In this document: positions 12,545 to 24,170 of the stretch, piece by piece | Numbering within the stretch: the stretch's first letter is position 1 | Layout: each line of letters begins with the position of its first letter | NCBI GenBank assembly: GCA_051294375.1 | Contig: CM119267.1 | Span: forward strand, 20,027,476 to 20,091,475 | DNA length: 64,000 bases | DNA from: Paraspadella gotoi | Lineage: Eukaryota; Animalia; Chaetognatha | Direction: 5' to 3' | Made by a program: the position numbers and the translations under genes | Notes under the pieces: model-generated | The model's database searches: none | The model's input: the letters and a program-made list of their open reading frames with translations, nothing else | What the model was told of the DNA's origin: nothing

Positions 12545-12990
12545 TTTTATCGTCGCAATCGCTTTGCGTTTGCGACGATATTGTAACGCTTTTGCGCATA
12601 AGTGTCGTCGTCGTCGTCGTTGTTGTCGTCGGCGTTCCAAATTATAGATCCCCTTTTTTATGATTAAATTTGGGTGTATTAAGCTGAAAATTTATATATC
12701 ATCGATGTGCTTTTTCTGAACCCTTAAAAAACGAGTTCATGTTCTGCAGAGACTGTTCAGCTGCCTTCCAGCGGCTGTCCAGCTTTCTCTCTCTTTCTGT
12801 CTCTGTCTGTCTCTCTCTTTCTCTTTCTGACTTTCTCTCTCTCTCTCTCTGTACGATCTCTTNNNNNNNNNNGGCTCGATCCTATTCTTTTAAGATTTTT
12901 TAAAAAAATTTTCTCGGTATAGTCTTTTTTTAATTTTTATGAGAGAGAGCTCGGGCGAGCAACGCGACATAGTAGCGTGATCTTGTTGTG
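12545..12990 (+). mobile_element. Helentron-type non-autonomous element(s), second family with (GTC)n
   Basis: 5' T-run and hairpin ATCGTCGCAA...TTGCGACGAT, (GTC)n tract, and 3' end ...GCGTGATCTTGTT. Contains an N gap. A similar layout begins at 14983. Confidence 0.45.
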
Positions 12991-13194
12991 AATTTCTTCT
13001 CTCTTTCCAGGCCCTTTTATCTTGACTCCTCGGTTCCGATTAGGAAGAGGAGGGCGAGGAGGAGGAGGAAGAGTACAAAAAACTTAGGCTTAGGCTTAGT
13101 TAATTAATTAATCAATTAATTAATTAATTAATTTTAATATTTAATAATTAATTATAAATTTATATACAGCTTATCATCATCGATGTCCTTTAAA

Positions 13195-14350
13195 TAAAGT
13201 AAATGTGTCTTATATTTTTTCCATTTAAACTCATTTCCACTGGCACAATTCCGTCAAAACTTTATATCTAGCTTCTTCACAAACTTTCCTTCCCGCTCAC
13301 AAAATTTTATCTCAATCTATTATGGGTTAAAATAAGTAAAAAGAGTCAAGTAAATTTGACTCATATTTTTTTCATTTAAACTCATTTCCACTCGTACCGA
13401 AACTTTATATCATGCTTCGTCACACATTTTTCTACCCTCACACAAAATTTCAACTCAATCTATCCATCCAATTATGATTAATTAGAGTATTTATTGGTTA
13501 AAATAAGTAAAAAGATTTTAGTAAATGCGACTTATGTTTTTTTCTATTTAAACTCATATCCACTCACCACGATTCCGTCGAAACTTTATATCCAGCTTCA
13601 TTACACATGTTCCTACCCATACACAAAATTTCATTCCGATCCAACCAGCCAATCCACGAGTTATTTGAGGCCTCTTTTGCCTAAGGTGGGACGGATGGAC
13701 GGATTGATTGACTGATTAATTAATTAGTGATTAATTAATTGATTAATTGATTAATTTAAACTGATTAATTATTTGATTATTAATACATCCTGCATATACA
13801 TTTAATATAAAGGGAAAAAAATCATAATCAATTATTGAAACAGGTTTTTTGTTTTTTCCATTTAAACTCATTCCACTCAAACGATTCCATCGAAACTTGG
13901 TTTCCTGTTCAATCACACACTTTCCTACTCACATACAAAATTCCAGGTCAATCGCCCCATCCACTCATGAGCAATGCGTTCAAATAGTGCAATTATATTT
14001 TTTGTTTTTTCCATTTAAACTCATTTCCACTCGGACGATTCCATCGAAACTTCATATCCAGCTCAATCACACACTTTACCTACCCACACACAAAATTTCA
14101 TTCAAATCCATCCATCCAATCACGAGTAATTGGTGTTTTTTGCTAAGGTGGGCACGAACGGACGGACGGACGGCGACGGACGGACGGACGGACAGGACGA
14201 CGGACGGACATCATTTTTTTTGCATAATTTATCATAATTCGATGTTCTGACTTGATATAAGTTAGTGCCCGACAATATTGAGGGGGCAGACCGACGGACC
14301 GACAAAGTGAATTATAGATCGGGATCTGCTGATAAGCAAATCCGACTAAA
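13195..14350 (-). mobile_element. Helentron/DINE-like element copy
   Basis: Inverted copy of the 1553-1830 and 3000-3180 modules, (GGAC)n at 14158-14210, terminal hairpin and T-run at 14318-14350. Confidence 0.65.
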
Positions 14351-16164
14351 ATCTGAGTAAGTCTATCTCAACTCAGTAAAGTACGGTAGTGGTTTCTTTC
14401 ATATCATCGGATTTGGCTCACGGGCGTACTTTTGTCATTGACAGGATTTATCTTCACCATCATTTGGTTTGTTCTTCGTGGCTATGAAAAGAAGAAAATG
14501 CGCAATCGTTTCTTATGCATCCGTTTGCATCAGTACATTTTTTATAGTGGATTTTATGGATAAGCTTCCAATTGTAGAAAATTGACCATAGAAAAAGAAC
14601 AGCAAAAAGTGATTTAATTTTTTTTCTTAATCTTGTTCAAGCCTCTATCAAGATTTTAAGTTACTAACCATAAAAGTTTAATTTGCTGGCAGTTAAAAGG
14701 ATTCGCGATTTCCTTCATCTTCTTCAACTTTATCATCTTCAGTTTTATCGTATTCTTCTGCTGCTTTATGAACATTTATTGGTGGGTCGGCTGCTGCCTG
14801 ACGAAGAAACAGCGTCTCGCCATGGCTTCTAATCTCGCCGACAAGAAGGGAAGGCAGAAGGACAGGAAAAGTTTCAAGTAAAAGTTCTTTTTTTATCTTC
14901 CCTCCTTTCTTACTTTTTTTTCCCCGTCTTCTTTCCCGTTTTTTGCGAAGGGGGGGACGGACAGAGAGACAGACAGACGTAATTTTAATCGAGCCGGGTC
15001 CTCTATAAACCATTCAGGGTTCCTTCTTTGTGACGTAGTCGTCGTCGTCGTCGGCGTCACGCTTTTCTTTGCAATCATGCTTCTGAAAGTGTGATATCAT
15101 AGGGAGTTGAAAATTTATAAATGGCTTCTAATACGGGGAGCACTAACTCAATAAGGTGTTAAGAAATTGACATTAAGCACCTACTTCAAACGAAATTTAG
15201 ACATTTTTTAAAAAAATTTGAATATGACAATTTTTTTTTATATTACTCCATACTCCATATATTAATTTTTTAATATTTATTTATAAATAGGAAAGGCTAC
15301 AAATTTTTTTGGGAATTTTTTTTATTTTTAAGATCAGATTTAGGTTAGCTTGCAAAAAGTTGTCTACACAAAGTATAATTATTTTTTCGATATTTTGATC
15401 ATATAGCTATCCTGAAAAATATGGAAAAACTATTTATAATCATCCATCATCATCATTTTTCGATAATTTTATTACTTTTTCTTAATTTTTGACCAAGAAA
15501 ACATAAATATTCGGAAAGTTGTAGTTAAATTTTTTATTTAACTTTTTATGCTCTATCAGAATCCATCAAAAAAAGTTAAGATTGATTCAAAAAATTTTTT
15601 TATCATTATATAGTAATATTGTATTTTTAATAGCAACAATAAAAGCATTAAAATCGAACTTTTTTAAAAAATTCTTTTTTTACCTAAAAGTAGACTTCAA
15701 GACTAAAGTTTGAACCCCCGCCCCTATTTGAATTTAATTTCATTAGTAGATTTCTACTTCTAATCATCAAGATCTTAAAATTGTCATGTTTCTATATTCA
15801 AATATCGCCTATTTGTTTATGTTTTATTCTACTAAACAAAAACCTTTTAATTATATGTCGCTTTCTCTCTCTCTCTCTCTCTCTTTTTCAGTCACTGCTT
15901 CTTCTGATTTGTCTAAAAACGAGTTCCGGCTCTGCAGCGTCTGTCCTGCTTCTTTCTCTCACTCTCTCTCTCTCTTTCTCTCTTTCTCTCTCTTTTTTAA
16001 AAGAAAAAAAAAATTATATATATATATTGTGGGCTCACCAATGTAAAAGACGATGCCGAGAGGAGTTCACCATCCGCTCTTCTTTTATTTTATTTTTTGC
16101 TTTTCTTGTGTGAATCAGCAAGGGACGAACCCGAATCCTTTGGGTTGGGAGGAGCTCGTGTCAA

Positions 16165-16735
16165 TTACTATCGTGACTCTTTGCGGACTCTTTGCGGACG
16201 ACACGACTTTAGTAGGGGATGAGGAGGAGCTAGAGGATGGGGTCGAGATTGTGAAAGAAGCCATGGGCAGATATGAAGAGAGAAATAATGATGACAAAGA
16301 AGAGAGCCTCGAGTTTGGGAGAGGGGGTAGTGGAGAAGTAAGAATGCTGGGGAGCTGGATGGGTTGGAGAGAAGATGTAGGGAATAGAATAAAGAGAGCT
16401 AATAAGACGTGGTGGAAGCTGAAAAAGCAGTTAAGTGGCTCTATCTAAAAGATTGCAGGCAAGGGTTGTGGAAGCGTGTGTAGAAAATTCCTTGCTCTTT
16501 GACAGCGCAGTCAGAGTTTGGACTTTGAGAGAAATTAAAACTCTGCAGAGTTTCGTAGATAAAGCATACAGGTATGTGTGGAGGAAGGGAAATAAACCGC
16601 CTCTGATCCAAATGCAGGAAGAAGGTCGCAACATGCAAGATGTTAGATCCTACTTAAAAATAAAAAGCCTAAGATGGAAAATTGAAAAGCGAGTACTTGA
16701 GAGGATAGGCCATGTGATGCGTATGGAAGATGATT
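16165..16735 (+). pseudogene. Non-LTR retrotransposon reverse transcriptase fragment, RTE-like
   Basis: LFADD catalytic motif, MLGSW (YLG-like), DVGNRIKRA, and ERIGHVMRMED (RTE/CR1-type thumb motif). Frameshift near 16440 and truncated on both sides. Confidence 0.88.
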
Positions 16736-18369
16736 TTACATCATCTTTGATCGAGGTTTTAATCTTGTCAATCATATCAGGATACAATTGAAGACATTAC
16801 ATTGCAAATCTTTTTAAATGTATGCATCCTTTTTGTTATCACTAATTTTTTTATTATCTGTTAATTTTTGTATTTATCAATGAATTAATCTTCTTTAATA
16901 ATTTTTTTGGTTCTGGGTCTGGTAGTAGCCAAGTAGTTTACATACTTAATACTGATACTCATATTTCATGCCATCTGGGAAAAGTATTTTTTAGCTTAAA
17001 ATATAGTAATAACAAATTGAAAATATAGTTGATAACGAAATTAAAACAATAAAAGAAAATACATTGTTTTATTTATCTTTAAAAATAAATATAAGCAAAA
17101 TATTTTGATTCAGAAATTGCCTATCTTAAATCATTTCTTTACGAATGCAATTTCAATAACGCTTTGCTCAGTTAATCAGGCAAAATATTACCCAAGTTCA
17201 CCCCTTATCCTCGATCTCTAAGAACGACGTCAGCTCCTAATTTAAACCATAATCCTTTTGAAGAGTGACCACATCCGCCTTTGACCGCTTTTCCTTTCCA
17301 TGTTTTGCTAGGAGAACAACAACAAACAGCGATCGACGAGGAGGAGCGGGACAGGAGGCGATCGAGTGACCTCGGGGGGGGGGGGTGAGAGGAAGGGGGG
17401 TGAAAGGGGCGCGACGCCGCCGAGTCTCAGAAGGATCGCGGAGAAAAATAATAAAAATTTTCGCGAATTTCTCGAAAGTCTTAAAACATTTTTCACTGTG
17501 CATTTTTTAATTACGACCAATAGAATATGTTTTTAGTAGATCTATTTGGTTTCGGTTTTATCATTAGGTCGACTTAGTCGTAATCGAGAAATAGTTTTTA
17601 ACTAGATCTTTTGTTGTCACATGCCCCGTGTTTTTCGTTACCGTATTCTTTACTAGTGTATCAGAAGATTACGAAAATTGTCATTTGTTTCAAAGACAAC
17701 GCGGGAATTTGGAAGCCTGCGATATCTTCGCTCCGTCGAAACCGAAGCGACGAAATTCAGCGAGAAATGAAAAATATTTAGGTACAAAACTAGGAAATAA
17801 TTAATTAATAATTAATTGTATTAGGTTAAGTTTTATAAGGAACAGGAATTCTCGACACGGGCAAGTTTCTGACGCGTTAGAGGAGGGTTTAATTCGCCGT
17901 TAAATAATAACGCGTTAAGATTGCGTAGAGGTTGTGAGCCCATACGTGACTTTAATGTCTGGTGAGAGAGAAAGAAAGACGGATGGGACCTCGAAGAATT
18001 CTCAAATTATGCTGCGTCTGAGAGCGATTCTGTCTGAGCTGAGTCTGAGTTGAAACACAGATAAGAGAATAGAGAAGTACGAAAGAGAGGAAAATGAGAA
18101 CAAGAAATGAAGATGAGATAAGAAAGATAGAAACCACGAATAAGCTAGTGTATTCTCTATATCATTTCGAACTCCTTCACCATCTCACTTTCCATCGACG
18201 TTCCTCCCGCTTTATAATCTCAGTCATTTTTAATAAACAAACAAATATCGATAGATCAATCGCAAAAATAAACTCGAAGCCATATTAAAAAAAAAAAAAA
18301 AAAGAAATTATCACTCAAAAACAACAAGAAAAACAGATTTGAAGAAAAAAAAAATAAAAAAAAACCAAG

Positions 18370-20905
18370 TCAGATCCAAACGATCGACGTTCCCGCGGCC
18401 ACGACGCCCTTTGTTTTTTGTTCCTGGTCGTTTCGAGTTTGAGAGTCGCCCTCGCAAGATGGCGTGTTGACGGCGTGAGATTTCTCCGGTGGTGCGACGT
18501 CGTCCTTTCGAATCTCGCCAAAGATTGCCTCGTTTTCCGGCGGTTCTTCCGTTTCCGAAACGACGTCGATTTCCGAAGACGAAGTCCAATCCGGCGACGA
18601 CTCCGACGAAGGAGATTCGCCCGCAGCCGGGACGGACGACCCGCCCGAATTTGCCCTGGCTACGGCGCCGGTTGCCGCGCTGGATTGAACGCCGCTTGCC
18701 GCGCCAATTGTCATGGGAGGCGGAAACTGAATTTCGGCGACGGAGAATCGATTGGGCGACTCTCTCACTTTGTTGCTGGCAAGAAAAAAAAAAAACAAAG
18801 GTTTAGCGCTGATTTTTAAAATTGTTAGAACACCTTGAACCAACATAACAAAAAAGTTTCGTTTTTCCTTTCTGCTATACATATACTTGCAAGTTACATG
18901 CAAAAAACCCAAATTAAACACGACGAAAGAAATGGTGTTTTGTTCTCTATAATGAGAGAAGCAAGAAGAAAAAAGTTGCTTATTAAAGTATGCTATTTTA
19001 AGATGCCATTGAGTAAAGCATGTCATTGAGTATAGCAAGCGGTTATTACTAGACATAGACCTACCAAGCGTTGAGTTACTCAATAATTATCGCGCTAGGG
19101 ACACGTGAAGACATATGAAGCAAAAAAAGGACTTCGAATTAAATGAAACCAACGACTTAGCAGAAGCGAACAAAAGAGCAACGCTATACCTACTGTTTTG
19201 GAGATTAGCGAAACTCAGCACTGTCCGTTGGCTCGGGTCGGCAAAGTAATCCGCTTCGTCAGATTCGCTGGCGCCGGCGCCTCGTCCGCCAGAACCTGCG
19301 TCGATAGAACCCGAAGCTGCGTCGCCGCGCCGCGAATAGACGCCCTCTTCGTAGTCAAAGGCGGAGTTGGCGATCGAGGCGGCGTCTGCGGCGGCAGAGG
19401 CTGCGACGGGCCCACGACGAGGCGACGCTCCGTCCGCTTGGCTCGAGCAAACGGAAGCCAAAGAGATGGAAGAGATATCGCTGGCTTTTCTGAAAAGATT
19501 GACGAAGTTAATCAATTGATCGATATTGTTAATATTGACAGATTGTTTTATTTGACTAGTTATGAAATAATTTAATTATTACCATAATGTAATCAATTTG
19601 ATTACATTTAATAATTCGAATAATTCGATCACAATGTTGCCATAATGGATTCATTCATTTTTCCAACGCATCCAACTCGCCTCTTCTCTTTCTTCTTCAC
19701 GCTCTCTCTCGTCCCGTCCTCGTGCGAGAGTCGACTCGCGCTCGAACTCCTCTTCTCCCTCGCCTTCATCTTCTTAATCAAGTGCTGCTCCCGCGCCAGC
19801 CTCTTGCGGCGCGTCTCCGGCGACGCGCGCACGTGGTGAAAGTCGCCTCGCGCGTCGTCGTCGGCGTCGCCGAAGGAACCGAGGTCTCCGTAGGTGGCGT
19901 CGATGAGGGATTTGCGGGAGGGCACCTGCGTGTGAAGAGGGAGTGCAGGGGGGTGGGGGAGAGGGGGCGGAAGGGAAGAGGAAAACTTTATGGATCATAA
20001 GTTAATTCGTGTATAAATTCTTAGAGTTGGACCACTTCAAGGACAAATCTGTTGCGGGAAAATTTATTTTATTATCAATATTAAAAGCAAAACAGAATTA
20101 AAGAATAACACACTTTGGAAATCAGACTGCTCGGGACCTTCATTTTGTATACAACTTGAGCTTCAAAGAGCTGGGCGGAATACGTGGTCCAGCCCAATGA
20201 ATTTAAGGCGATGAAATTAAATATTAATTCTAAAGATTCAAGAAACTTGCCTCGGAAGAAATGTCGTACTGTGCAGAGGGGAAAGTTAAGATGCGTTTGT
20301 TATTTTTTGCTTTTTTTTTTTCGCGCATCCCTCTATAAAGCAAGCCCATTTGGCACAAAGTTGGACGCGAACGCCACGCGCGACGCTTTACCTGTTTCAT
20401 GGAAACGGAATCCGAAGGCGACACGCTCTTGACGCTGCCGACGTAAGAGAGACGCGGCGACCTGGCGTCCTCGTCCGACGCCAAAGGCGCCGCCGCTTCC
20501 GACGACGCTTCCGCCGCCGCTGCCTTCGCTGAGAAGGGCGTCGCCGATGCAGCCGCCGCATCCGATGTCCCGACGTGCTTCGTCGCCGGAGTCGCCTCCT
20601 CGGCGCCGCGCATCGCAGACTCGACAGTCTCTTCTGTCGAAAATTGAGTCATGGGTCTCCCTCTCAGCGTCACCACAGGCGCCATCTCCAAATCGTCGGA
20701 TCGAAACGCGGGATTGTTCCTGGCGCCGCGTCGGGAGGCTGCGACGTCGGCGTCTGCGGCGGCGGCGGCGTCTTCCTCCTCGTTGTAGTCGGGAAACATG
20801 TGGGCGTTGATGGCGGATGACTTGCGGCTGGAGAGTCGAGGACGAATGCTGAGCGTTTGAACCGAAGGATTGGTTGCCGTCCATCTTGGCTTTGCGGTAG
20901 GCTCT

Positions 20906-21001
<96 letters not shown>

Positions 21002-21143
21002 GGGGTGGGATTTTTACTGGATTACACGCTTCAATGTAGAATTGAATCTCCTTAATTGTATGTTTACTGGGGATCATTAATCATGGACGATTAAAGGCGA
21101 CGACAAGAAAAACTGTGTCAAGAATTGACTTTGCAGGTGCGAT

Positions 21144-21224
<81 letters not shown>

Positions 21225-21953
21225 AGACCAAACTAAACGGGTAAGTACTCTTTTCAACCTTCAGAAAAAGACCAAAATGCGCTGTCTTTCTCTCTTGGAT
21301 TCCAACCAAAATTAATAACAAAAACAATAAAAACAAAAAACACTTCACTGCTCACTTGATGACTGGCACCAACAGCCAAACGAAAACGAGAAAGACCAGA
21401 CATCCCAACACCGAGAAAAAGACTATGTTTTTGTTGTTGGTGGCGGCGCATTGGTTTTGCTCGGGTCCCAGGCAGAAATCGTCGAGACAGGCGAAGTGGC
21501 AGGCCTCGCATCTGCCAAACGAGGCGAAGGTGCCGATGGGGCAGGTGGCGACGCAGACGCCTGAAACGGAGAATGAGAGTCAGGTGTAGGCTGTAGGGCG
21601 TGGAGGAGACAGAGAAGGAAAGATAAAAAGAGAGAAAATGGGAAAGAGTTGATGCGGAAAAAGATAGAAAAAAAAAGTATTATAATCGGTCACGTACAGA
21701 CATTTGTGACTGCAAAAGTCTTTAAAATCGAATGCGAGAAGTTTCGTACTATCGATTGATACATTGATACATACAACTCATCGGTGAAAATTTTTGTAAT
21801 TGGATGATAACACAAAGATGACAGTTTTAAAACGAATCAAGTTTGCTTACCCGAATAATTAAAGTGCGCGCACTCGAGGCATTCCGTGGCGTTGGGTCCT
21901 CCGCAGAGACGGCAGGCGTCGCCGCAGACCATCATCGATCTCGAGAGGAGAAA
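18370..21953 (-). CDS. Single-pass membrane protein with furin-like Cys-rich repeats and a long disordered cytoplasmic tail (5' end not resolved)
   Basis: Phase-compatible exons 21953-21851, 21560-21356, 21293-21259, 20903-20392, 19925-19681, 19489-19190 and 18775-18370. Translation CGDACRLCGGPNATECLECAHFNYSGVCVATCPIGTF...CEACHFACLDDFCLGPEQNQC, then TM IVFFSVLGCLVFLVFVWLLVPVI. Confidence 0.8.
20906..21222. repeat. Intronic (GA)n microsatellites
   Basis: Two long GA tracts. Others occur at 7128-7182, 23579-23652, 27255-27340 and 57534-57613. Confidence 0.95.
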
Positions 21954-22447
21954 CTGATTTTAGTCTTGAAGCGAAAAGATTTCAGAAAATCGCCGAAAAA
22001 GTGAGGGATCGAATCGGGCGCATCTTTTTGTGGATCGCACATGGAGAAGCGCAATGTCTTGGAGGTTGTTTAAATTATTTCGTATGCATCTGAACATTGA
22101 ACAAATCAATCCTTTTTTTTTTGTCTTCGTAAAGAATATCATCAATAAGTATGTGTCGTTAGATGAAATAGCGTTGGGTTATGGAGCTTTTCTAGCTGTG
22201 TCACAGTTTTAAATGTATATTTTTTTTTAAACTATTTTTTTTTAAAAAATTAATCGAAAAGATTGTTATTTTTCAGATTTCGTTGAGATTTTGATAGAGG
22301 CTCCTTTACGCAGAACTGACGTAAAAAAACCGACGCTTCAACAAAAAAAGAAAAAAGAAAAAAGAAACATTAAAAAAAAGCGTTCTCCATCGTACCCGGC
22401 TTTTGTCTGATCTATAATACAAGATATCAATAAGTATTTCATCAACT

Positions 22448-22596
22448 GATTGTTAAGTGTCATTTCATGCACCGAGTAGTTTGATAAAGAAAAACATCGA
22501 TTTGGGAAACAGTGCTATGAATAATGAACCAGCTCAATGGTTTGAATGCATGGTCTAAATAAAATTAGCACTGTTTCCCAAATCGATGTTTTTCTT
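22448..22596. mobile_element. Small insertion with 13-bp target-site duplication and 34-bp inverted repeat (probable Penelope-like remnant)
   Basis: TATTTCATCAACT at 22435-22447 and 22597-22609. Perfect inverted repeat at 22484-22517 / 22566-22599. Confidence 0.65.
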
Positions 22597-23574
22597 TATT
22601 TCATCAACTCTTCCTAACAAACTTGAGTTTATTCATTACATATGATCTTTCTTAATTATTGTATAGCAGTGGTATTATCGAAATAATTTTAGTGAAACAT
22701 TAGACCGACCGACCAAAAAAAAATTAAATTAAAAAATATCGACATCGACCTCGACTGAAGAGAGCAACAGAAATACCAGTTTGACGCGGCGGAACCTCCT
22801 ATTTCTCGAATGACTTATCTACGGTCTACTTCTCGTTAAGGTAAGTTTATTTCAGTCAATGAAAAGACGATGGGAAGTTTCTTCATACTATTTCAATAAT
22901 TATCCAAACATATACCAAATATTCGGTTTTATAAAATAGCTCCCATTAGGTATTTTCGGATTTATTCCATATCGTATTCATATCATAGAATAATACTATT
23001 ATCATTAATTGCTTTTTAATCTTTTTATCAATGTTTTTTTAAAAAATTTATGTACATTTGCGTTAAAATCTTGTTAAGAACATTAACGTCTTTTACGGGG
23101 ACAAAATTAAGAATAAAAATATAAAAAAGTTCGGTCGAGATTTAATTACTTTAAAATTAAAATACGTATGATAAAAAAATTATATCAAAAACTCGTCAGA
23201 TTGAGGCCAGGAGCTTCTCCAAAAGTCTGACAGCAGAGAAAACTTGAAAAAATTATTAATATTTCGTTATAACCCAAAAGATAACTATTGTTTACGTAAT
23301 CATTCATTCTATTACTATCAATATTATCGTAATTATTGTTTACGTAATAATCATTCATTCTATTACTATCAATATCATCGTAATTATAAATCACTACGAA
23401 TTTATTAATTAATTAATTAAATAATACTATTATTTTACATGTATCTTAAGGCTAAACAACTTGGGGGGGGGTGAATGATGCTCGTTGACGTCGTCGTCCG
23501 TCGTCGTCGTCATCATCATCCACAGATGTCGGAAACGTCGGTGGTACATTCAGATGTTTCCGGTCGCCCTTGGG

Positions 23575-23658
<84 letters not shown>

Positions 23659-24035
23659 GACGAGGGCAACGCTTTGCATCGGGCCGATTGTTCTTGGTCG
23701 TTAATCCGAGACGGGAACAGGTTCCACGCCGTCGTTTCTTCCTTCTCTGGCAGCGGGAGAGAAAGTAAGTTCGAAAATAGGATAAAAAAGTGAGGGAAAA
23801 GGGTAATGAGGTGCCAAACGTAATAGGAGGTCGAGCGCTGAGAGGAGACGGGTCAGGTTTGAAGAGCAAGGTTAAGTTATGAGTCAGCAAAGACAAAATT
23901 CGGAAGACTGAAAGTTAAAGACTGCAACGAAGGCCTCTTGATTTCGAATAATTAAATATAATAATAATTAATATCAACTAAAATAAGAAAAAAGGCAAGG
24001 ATGTTTAAAAAGTATTGTGGCGGAATATTCTCAAC

Positions 24036-24170
24036 GCCTCACGTCCAATAGCGTTCAGCCAGTCCCATTGGCCCAATTGCTCAGAGGGGGAACGCACCAT
24101 CCCAGGCGTTGTGTTCCATCCTCAGCCCTAACGACTTTCCTCTGCGTTGTCAAAGCGAGACCGTCCGAGG
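24036..24170 (-). repeat. Dispersed GC-rich repeat core (SINE or LINE 3' UTR-like)
   Basis: Diverged copy at 58996-59118 and allelic copy at 44946-45080. Confidence 0.6.

Noticed and set aside
24125-24150. RNase P-like GAGGAAAGTC motif on the minus strand
   Set aside because: It is not conserved in the other copies and the remaining RNase P regions are absent.
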